The notes below the pieces were generated by a model. It worked only from the letters and a program-made list of their open reading frames with translations. It made no database searches and was not told the DNA's origin. The position numbers were made by a program, and so were the translations under genes. 18,840 nt of DNA from Octopus sinensis (lineage: Eukaryota), in assembly GCF_006345805.1 (NCBI RefSeq), contig NW_021824359.1, positions 1 to 18,840 on the forward strand, in the 5' to 3' direction. Shown one piece after another: positions 10,761 through 18,840 of the stretch. The stretch's first letter is position 1, and every line of letters starts with the position of its first letter.

Positions 10761-11832
10761 TGGCACCGCGAGTGTCGCGTTGCTCTCAAGCAACTCTGCC
10801 GTCCTGGGTCGACCTTGAGTGACTTCAACACAACCAAAGCATTCTATAGGGGTTTAGTGGAGGGGAGGTACGACGACGAGCTCGGGGCGAACCTGGACGT
10901 CGACGAGGAGTACCTGACCCGCTGTTCAGGACGACTTTCGGGCCAGGGCCCATGGAAAACTTCCAGAGATCCCTGGCCTGGCGTGCTACCGAGAAGCGCT
11001 ACCCGTTCGGGATAAGGTCTACAGCCACGGCTCGAGAAACACCGGGGCCGACCTGCCCGAGCTGCGGTCAGAGCGACGAAACCGTTCTGCCCGCACTCGT
11101 GCAGTGTCCAACAATTTCCGACCTGTGGCTTATGTCGAACAACTGCTGTCACGTGTGGGGACGAGTCGGTTTATCAGCTGAGTCTATCGTCAATATTGTC
11201 ACGCCTCCTCCTTCAAACGGGAAGGAAGAGCTATTTTCATCATCCTTGTGGCTATGGCGAAAGAATGTATCTGGTGGACGCGTCTGAAAGGATTGGAGAC
11301 AAACACTTTCCTCTATGGTCAATCTCTCATCAACTTCTTCAAGTACCACTTGAAAGGAAAGTGAGAGTAGAGAGCAAGTTTTGTCTAGCGAATGTTTTTA
11401 AAAAAAGATGGGTGAATGTAGCAAGAATGGCACGTATGAATGACGAAGCCACCTTGAGCATGATCCTATGAACCCAGAATTGAAAACAGAGAGTTGCTTA
11501 TTCGCAAAAAAAAAAAAAGAAATATAACATGTGACTCCATTGACCGAGGTTACCGTGGTCTTTTCCGTAGGCTTTTCTTTCCACGGGTAAACTCACCTGT
11601 CCTCCCTTTACACTTCATATTGACATTTCTGTGATAACGATCCTATTGATCAATTTTTTTTTTCCTCTCCCCCTTTTTTTTAACCCCCCTTTTTTTTGTC
11701 CTCTTTCTCTCCTTTTACGATCCCTTTGATCGAAACTCCTCTTCCTTTTTTTTTTTTTTTAAACTTCAAAAGAAAAGCTCTACCTTGTAATTTGTTCTAT
11801 CTGTGTGCAGCCCTGTGTGGCTAATAAAGAAA
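10759..11832 (+). mobile_element. 5'-truncated Tx1/L1-clade non-LTR retrotransposon: ORF2 C-terminus (zf-RVT-like) plus 3' UTR, pseudogenised
   Basis: Frame-corrected translation ...FQRSLAW/CYREALPVRDKVYSH...TCPSCGQSDETVL(P for H)ALVQCP...AMAKECIWWTRLK...FKKRW..., stop at 11469-11471. Pyrimidine-rich 3' UTR, AATAAA at 11823-11828. Several frameshifts. Confidence 0.85.
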
Positions 11833-12270
<438 letters not shown>

Positions 12271-12640
12271 CCCTATATTCAGTGGAATTTCCAATGAAAC
12301 TCACCAAACACCTTATGACAAATGAAAAAAAAAAATACGAAAAGAGTATGGTATGCGAAAATAAATGAAATAAATATTAATTCTCCTTTTTTTTCAGGGT
12401 CATAATTTCCGTTATTTGAAGTCTATGTGTAGAATCAAACATTTAGAAAATAAAACAAAATAAAATAAAATAACATAATGTTCCATGAGCCATGAAGTAC
12501 CTCACTGGCGACTCAGTACGCTACTTTCATAACAATACTCTTCTGATGATTTATATACAGTGTCTATTTCTGCTGTTATCCTTCATGGAAACACGAATCA
12601 CATCACTGTTCCGTATCGTCCAGTCTAATATAACTTTCAT

Positions 12641-12683
12641 ATATCGGCTTCCAATTTTGGTACAAGGCCGGCAAGTTCGGGGT
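12641..12683 (-). mobile_element. Probable 3' tail of the family B SINE whose head lies at 13248-13400
   Basis: Minus strand CCCCGAACTTGCCGGCCTTGTACCAAAATTGGAAG resembles the tail CCCAAATTTTGAGGCCTTG...GAAA of the copy at 15709-15940. Confidence 0.5.
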
Positions 12684-13243
12684 TATCATCATCATTGTTC
12701 GACTGTGGTCGAGACAATGGAATTTACTATGTTACGCAAGACTTCACGGTCCATCATAGCATTACGGAGGTCCTGTTGCTGGAGGCCTGTATCCTGGAGA
12801 TTACATCAGGGTAGGGAGAGTGGCGCCCTCTGTATCGCAAGTAGATGGCTTCCAGAGGAGAAGAGCAGAAATTACCTTCGTTTTCAGCTCTCAAACAATG
12901 TTCCAGCAAACTAGACACTTCTACCTTTCACAAGAGATGACACAGGTGGTAGTTCCCATATATTTGTACTTTGGTTGGATGTGTGCTTCCACGAGAGATT
13001 TGAGCTCTCATGAGGAGGCGAGGTAAGTTCCATCCAACCGCCTCTCAAGCTTCTTGATAACATCCAGGTTTCTGAGCCATATAGTAGAACTGGTTCGTCT
13101 GTGGCTTTGAAGATTTCAAGTTTGAAATCTCTACTTAGATTTGATGACCAGATCTTATGTATATCATTACAGGCTGACCAGGCCATACCCTTTCAAGTTA
13201 GAAAATCTTTTCCAGATGATGATATGTATGATCTAAGATATTT
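12684..13243 (-). mobile_element. 5'-truncated RTE-clade LINE 3' end, degenerate
   Basis: KYLRSYISS...KGMAWSACNDIHKIW...EPVLLYGSETW matches RTE post-RT motifs. Frame-corrected end LSYPDVISR...DLRNAMMDREV..., then a (TGA)n tail. Contains stops and frameshifts. Confidence 0.85.
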
Positions 13244-13247
13244 CTAA

Positions 13248-13400
13248 TCAGAAACCAGATTTAATAGTACTTATTTTATCGACCCCGAAGGACGAAAGGC
13301 AAAGTCGACCTCAGTAGCATCTGAACTCAGAAAATAAAGACGAACAAAATACTGCTAGGCATTTTACCCGGCCTGCTAACGATTCTGTCAATTTGCCGCC
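13248..13400 (-). mobile_element. Family B tRNA-derived SINE head and central (Meta-like) domain
   Basis: Reverse complement matches 15709-15840 (GAATCGTTAGC...GAGGTCGACTTTGCCTTTC.TCCTT.CGGGGTCGAT.AAATAAGTAC). Confidence 0.85.
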
Positions 13401-14016
13401 TTTGTAACTTTCATATATTCAAAGGAAAACATATCATAAAACGAACGACATTATTTAACCAATATTCCTTTCTGCAAATCACTTACTCTTTGCGCCAGAG
13501 AGCACCAGCTAATTCTTCATCATGATTAGAATGCTTCAAACACACATGTATCAGACTTTGGTTACAACCAACCAAACACTACCCACTTCTATACATAAAT
13601 TTGCTTGCAGACCCATATGCAAAAAAAAAAGAAAGAAAGGAAAAGACTAATACTACTACTAACTAACATTCTCAAAAATCCAAGAATTTGTGTCTAATCT
13701 TAGACAAGTAGCATGATGTGGCAGAATGCCGAATTAACTTTCAGCATGATATAAGAATGGTATCAATTTTTTTTTCTTCTTTTACTTTTTTCTTCTTCTT
13801 CTGCTCGGCATGATAATGCTAAGTGTAGTAATACAAGTAGATAAATGTGTCTAGTTGAAGGACACGAGGCAATGTTTATTATTGGTGTTTGAATGCATTA
13901 ATATATCGCCCTTGAATTTTGCACATAAATCATACGTTTCTCACCAAATCGCCCACACTTCCAAATATCTTTTTTTCTCCTTTCCTCTTTTTCGCTTTTC
14001 CTCTTTATAAAGATAT

Positions 14017-14087
14017 ATAAGTGTGTGTGGTATGTGCATGTGTATGTATTTATTTATTTATGTATGCATGTATGATGTATGCATGTG

Positions 14088-14148
<61 letters not shown>

Positions 14149-14308
14149 GTATATATATATGTATATATATATGTATATATATATATGTATATATATATGT
14201 ATATGTGTATATATGTATATATATATGATATCTATATATATATATATATATAATATATATATATGCATACACACATACCTACCATCTATCTGTATACATA
14301 CACGCATA

Positions 14309-14366
<58 letters not shown>

Positions 14367-14570
14367 TATATTCATATATATTCTGATATAGAAATATATT
14401 ATATGTATTGTGTATAAATACATTTGTATAAATATATACATTAGTAAATATATACACAGACACACTCACAAATACATATGTATGCATGCATGCATTCTAA
14501 TATGGAACGAGTTTGCGCTTATAAATATAAATTATGTGTGTGCGTGTGTGTGTGTGTGTGTGTGCATGTT
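14017..14570. repeat. (TA)n-dominated low-complexity array with TG/CA tracts
   Basis: Directly visible. Confidence 0.92.
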
Positions 14571-14868
14571 TACATGTAGATTTTTATGCACTCACTTCTT
14601 TAAGTATACATACATGTAACTGTATCCAGTGCCTTTACTAACAACATTGGCAAACCATTATATATAAATAAGCAATCACAGCTGTGAAATTACACTCCAG
14701 TTAACCTTTCCGACATTATGCGCATGTCATCAGCTGCGTTCTTTCCTTCAGTATAACCAGAATTCAAACACCGTTACTTCCTCCATAGTAAATTGCAGCT
14801 GGCCAGACTACAGTATCCTAAAATAGACGGACTTGAATTCGTAGGGATAAGCTATTATATACATACAT

Positions 14869-14913
<45 letters not shown>

Positions 14914-14935
14914 TATATATATATTTATATATATA

Positions 14936-15450
14936 GGCGCGGGCATGGGTGTACGATAAGAACTTTGCTTCCCAACCGCGTAGTTTTGGATTCGATCTTA
15001 ATACGCGGGCAAGTCTACTATAGCCCTAGGTCGACTGAAACCATGGGAGTGGATTTGGTGGAGGGAAACTGTAAGAAGCCCGTCGAGTGTGTGTATATGT
15101 ATATGTATATGTATATATATATATACACACACTGTCTATGTATAATTGTCTATATATCTACCCTCTTTATAATGTTGGCAAATGAAATAGGTATGAAAAT
15201 GTACATTGTCCATTTAATTAAAACATTCTATATGTGGCTGAAGATTGCTTTACATTTTAAAACTGATGTAATACTTACATTGTTTAATAAAATGAAGTAG
15301 CATGAAACAATTGTACTACACTACCTTGGATATCCTTGTTGCTTATTTTGATTATAATCACCCCCATTTGATTTATATGGATAATACCATACCAAATTCT
15401 GGTACCTTTAACTTAAGTACTATATTCATCTGAATCTAAATTTTGCTGAA

Positions 15451-15488
<38 letters not shown>

Positions 15489-15690
15489 CTCCCATGTGGT
15501 TGTGTGTGTGGGTATGTGTGTGTGTTGGTTTATTTACGTTCCTGTAATCTTGCGGTTCAGCAAAAGAGACCGATAGAATAAGCATCGACCTTTAAATTAT
15601 TAAGTACCAATGTCAATTTTGTCGGCTAAAATCCTCCAAGGCGGCGCTAAAGTACGACTGTAGTCTAATGACTGATCCAAGTAAAAGATA
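14936..15690 (+). mobile_element. Old, diverged family A SINE with ~320 bp of extra sequence in its internal microsatellite
   Basis: Head 14936-15085 aligns to 8664-8830. The 3' body at ~15520-15690 (GGTTCAGCAAAAGAGACCGATAGAATAAG...TGACTGATCCAAGTAAAAG) aligns to ~9020-9180. Confidence 0.75.
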
Positions 15691-15708
15691 CCAACCCGTG
15701 AATTATTA

Positions 15709-15940
15709 CGAGCAGGAAGAATCGTTAGCGCGCCAGGCGAGATGCTTAGCGGTATTTCACCCTTCGCTACGTTCTCAGGTTCAAATTCCGCCGAGGTCGA
15801 CTTTGCCTTTCATCCTTTCGGGGTCGATTAAATAAGTACCAGTTACGCACTAGGGTCAATGTAATCGACTTGAACCCTTTCCCAAATTTTGAGGCCTTGA
15901 GATTCCAGTAGAAATGATTATTATAATTATTATTATTATT
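15709..15940 (+). mobile_element. Family B tRNA-derived SINE with Meta-like central domain and (ATT)n tail
   Basis: Box B GGTTCAAATTCC (15778-15789), central GCCTTTCATCCTTTCGGGGTCGATTAAATAAGTACC, tail ATTATT; a second copy is present in the window. Confidence 0.85.
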
Positions 15941-17445
15941 TTTTTTTTCTTCTTTCAAATTTGCTTCCATTTCTTGTCAAGTGTCTTCCCGACTCGTAGG
16001 GCAAAGAAACTCATAGTATACATTGGTAGGCCATTAAACCAAACTCAATAGTTCGTTCATTTAAAAAAATTTTTTTTTTTAAGTTAAATTAAAATACATG
16101 AGCAGCAACAGTTCTCACATCGACAATGCTCTTCTCAATACGTGTGATGTACCAGTTAAGACAATCTTTTGCACTTCTTGCAGGGATGGTAAGCCAGGGA
16201 TCATTCTCATATAATTTTCGGTTCCCTTCTTGATCATTCCTAGTGCTCCTACGATCACTGGTATTGTAATCGCCTTGAGATGCCTCATTTTCTCAATTTC
16301 AATGAGCAGGTCTTTATATTTTCTGAGCTTGTCAAACTCTTTCGCCGAGATATTATGATCACAGGGGATGCTCATGTCGATCAATAAGCAAACTTTATTG
16401 TTTTGGTCTTTCACAACAATATCTGGTTTATTGGCTTTGATGGTTCGGTCTGTATGTACTGGAAAGTCCCACAGAATCGTTATTTTTCTCCTTCAGTTAC
16501 AGCTTCAGGGTGGTGATTATACCACTTGTCGGTAGTTTTGATATTGTAATGCCGACTTATTAGCCAGTGTAGATATTGGCAACTCTGTCATGTTTTAATT
16601 TATACTCCACTGGTGCTAAGACTTTACATTCAGAGATTAGGTGGTCCACTGTTTCAATCATGTCGTTGCAGAATCGGCATTTTGGGTCTGCTCCATTTTT
16701 CATCATATTGGCCTGGTAGTTCCGGGTTAATAGGCTTTGATCTTGAGCAGCCGGATGATAAACCTTCGCTCTCTGCTTTTAGCCCTGAGCTCCGTAGCCA
16801 CTGATGGGTTTGCTTCTGGTCAACATCAGCTTGTTTGCTGCGGGCCACATATTTGCCGTGCAGAGGTTTCTCCTCCCACCTATCGGCCAATTGCTCGTGC
16901 GCTTTTTTCATTGCCATTATTTTCACCTTCTTTGCAACAATAATTGCCGTACTTCCCTCGGGTTGTTCAGTTTGGGTATCCTGCACGAGATCAATAGCAA
17001 ATTTTTTGCTTTCCTTTATGATAGAATGAAGCTTCTTTCGTCTCTCGTGATTTTCCACAAGCTTTAGCATCCAGTCATTCGTTATTTCGAGATATTTGGC
17101 CAGTTCAATTGTGGTTGTTTTGTAAGCTAGTTCAAATTGGATCAGGCCTCGACCTCCTTGGGCTCTTGGAAGGTAAAGGCGATCTACGTCTGCCTTTGGG
17201 TGGTACATCCTATTACAACTCAGCAGCTTGCGTATTTTCTTATCTATATTCTTTACTTCACTCATATTCCAGTTCAACACATTGTAGCTATAAGTAACAA
17301 CTGGAACTGCTAAGGAATTTATAGCTAACACCTTGTTACGTGCATTTAGTTCAGATTTCAGGACTGCACGAACTCTCCTATAACATTCCTTCCTGATCTT
17401 CTCTTTCATGCTTGCATGCTGAATACCAGAGCCTTCATTTATCCC
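15939..17445 (-). mobile_element. 5'-truncated R4/Dong-clade non-LTR retrotransposon: RT thumb, CCHC zinc knuckle and restriction-like endonuclease, pseudogenised
   Basis: ORF 16654-17409 has RLYLPRAQGGRGL. Frame-corrected AQDQSLLTRNY...CRFCNDMIETVDHLISEC...KHDRV...ILWDFPVHTDRTIKANKPDIVVKD. ORF 16115-16414 has LIDMSIP...K..KY..L...PVIVGALG. 3' UTR and poly(A) abut (TAA)n. Confidence 0.92.
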
Positions 17446-17714
17446 TCGAGTGACGCTAACCCCTCTGATACTCGCAGCTTGTCACGAAACGTCGTTTCCG
17501 ACTTACGTGTTTGTTAATTGAGACACCATTCATCGCTCATGGTGTTTAACGCTCGAGAAATTGTTCGTTAACCGATTTGTTCGCGATGAGAGACTTTCGT
17601 AAGCCAAGATGCGACTACATGATCATTTAATGTCGTCAGTTTCGCTGTATTCAACCATATTTCGTAAAATACATTAGGGCAGCGGAGGACGCAGCGATTC
17701 TCTTTTCATACATA

Positions 17715-18121
17715 TTGTTCTTGGCATCCTTTTGTCTCGGGAGACAATGGAGTTGCGCACAAAAAAAAAACAAAACAGTCTGGTTTTGTTTTGCGCAAGC
17801 CTGGGCTAGATGTAAGAAAATCTTGGGTTGCCCAACCGTTAGGATTCCTGTCTCGACCTTGCTGATGTAGTCCAAAGGAGTGCAGAGCATTACGTTTGGC
17901 ACCAGCTTGGCTGCAGGAGCTGCCAGAAGAGCGTCGAGTCGAACACTAAACTGCCTACGGGCTCCACACCGGATTTCTTTAAAAGTTGTCTCCTTTCCGT
18001 AACCCTGGATAGGGGCCCATACCGGGTACTGTCAGCCGGAGCCAGCCGATCCCGGGGCTCGTGTCAGGTAGGGTCGTCACTCCCTGAAGTAGTGAAGAAA
18101 ATCGCCACTTACTACATATCA
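17715..18121 (-). mobile_element. Short non-coding bipartite RTE-derived retroposon (RTE 5'-UTR part fused to RTE 3' terminus)
   Basis: Minus strand AAATCCGGTGTGGAGCCCGTAGGCAG...CTGGCAGCTCCTGCAGCCAAGCTGGTGCCAAAC...CCTTTGGACTACATCAGC...GCCCAGGCTTGCGC resembles RTE/BovB-type 5' UTRs as I recall them. The end CCATTGTCTCCCGAGACAAAAGGATGCCAAGAACAA resembles RTE 3' ends. Direct repeat TTCATACATA at 17705-17714 and 18122-18131. Confidence 0.7.
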
Positions 18122-18188
18122 TTCATACATAGCCAGACAGGAAACCGTAAAACATTTGGGCAACTGCTCCACAGAGTAAGTCACTACG

Positions 18189-18421
18189 AAGTTGTTCGAT
18201 TTGCTGAAAAAAGTAGCTAAATAGCTCTCTTATACCACACATTATCATTTTCTTTTGAACGACTCGGGATATCTCTTTTTAAAAATGCAGTTAAGAAGTA
18301 AAAATTGAAAACGACAAGAAGGTTACGGTCGGAACGTATTCGGTTGTAAGTCTACTCTACCAGTCCTTATTTGAGGACCAAGCAAAACCACCACCACCAC
18401 CACCACAACAACAACAACAAA
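18189..18421 (+). mobile_element. Degenerate retroposon (SINE) 3' portion ending in a (CAC)n(CAA)n tail
   Basis: Trinucleotide tail at ~18387-18421 is visible. The body resembles an octopus SINE 3' region from memory only; no second copy in the window. Confidence 0.4.
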
Positions 18422-18458
18422 ACGCTTATCGAGTGTAAAGAGAAAACGCAAAAGGATT

Positions 18459-18709
18459 TTAATCCTTTTGATGAAACCCGCTTGAGAGCCCCCCCCCAAC
18501 TCCAGTCGTATAATACAAACTTCCTGTATTTTAAAGTAATCTAAATTTAACCTTCTTTACATCCAGATTCCACGTTAATTGAAATCCCGGAACACCAGCT
18601 TAAGAATGACAAAGTTAGTTTACTTACATTCTCCATTATTATTATTCAAAATTAAGCTGAAACAAAAAACAGACTAATTTCAACAGAAATATGGCAACGA
18701 AAGTGTTAA
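18459..18709. mobile_element. piggyBac-like MITE (TTAA-flanked), degenerate
   Basis: TTAA|TCCTTTTGATG ... GGCAACGAAAGTG|TTAA, with imperfect TIRs and TTAA on both sides. Confidence 0.55.
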
Positions 18710-18839
18710 AGTGATCTAAATTAAAACACCAGCTTAATCATGACAAAATTTATTTTACTAAATGCTTCATTATTTCGATTTTTCGAATTAAAGATACAAA
18801 TGCATTGTTTCCAACACAAATATAGCAACAAAAGTTTAA
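18706..18839. mobile_element. Second, internally deleted partial copy of the same MITE in direct orientation
   Basis: Repeats TTAAAGT.ATCTAAATT, AACACCAGCTTAA..ATGACAAA.TT and CAACA.AAATAT.GCAAC.AAAGT.TTAA from 18531-18709. Confidence 0.7.
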
Positions 18840-18840
18840 A

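Noticed and set aside
14680-14740. Minus-strand CTGATGA...GAAA resembling a hammerhead ribozyme core
   Set aside because: The only good stem (GACAT/ATGTC) uses the core G8/A9, stem II is out of register, and no valid stem III-UH-stem I closure is found.
17450-17500. CTGATAC...GAAACGTC hammerhead-like spacing
   Set aside because: The core is not CUGANGA and stem I does not pair.
17651-17902. 83-aa minus-strand ORF inside the bipartite element
   Set aside because: It crosses the junction palindrome, the 3' end and the TSD into flanking DNA; no RT or endonuclease motifs.

Overview
Eukaryotic, AT-rich, microsatellite-dense non-coding DNA. The tRNA-derived SINE families and repeat landscape resemble those I recall from Octopus (coleoid cephalopod) genomes; this is an inference, not a database result. 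No host protein-coding gene is convincingly supported, and most listed ORFs are translations of simple repeats. The only real protein remnants are three 5'-truncated, frameshifted LINEs: a Tx1/L1-clade 3' end inside a (TATC)n array, an RTE-clade 3' end apparently splitting a SINE, and an R4/Dong-clade RT-CCHC-RLE fragment ending in (TAA)n. The window also holds several SINEs of at least three families, a hAT-type MITE with a nested SINE, a likely non-autonomous Helitron and a piggyBac-like MITE. The most interesting element is a ~407-bp non-coding bipartite RTE-derived retroposon (17715-18121, minus strand) with a 10-bp target-site duplication and a strongly structured, possibly ribozyme-derived 5' leader. 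A ~4.3-kb stretch free of recognisable TEs (4163-8498) contains islands of unique sequence rich in homeodomain-type motifs and may be cis-regulatory. I cannot claim a wholly new system; the best leads are retroelement biology and target specificity.
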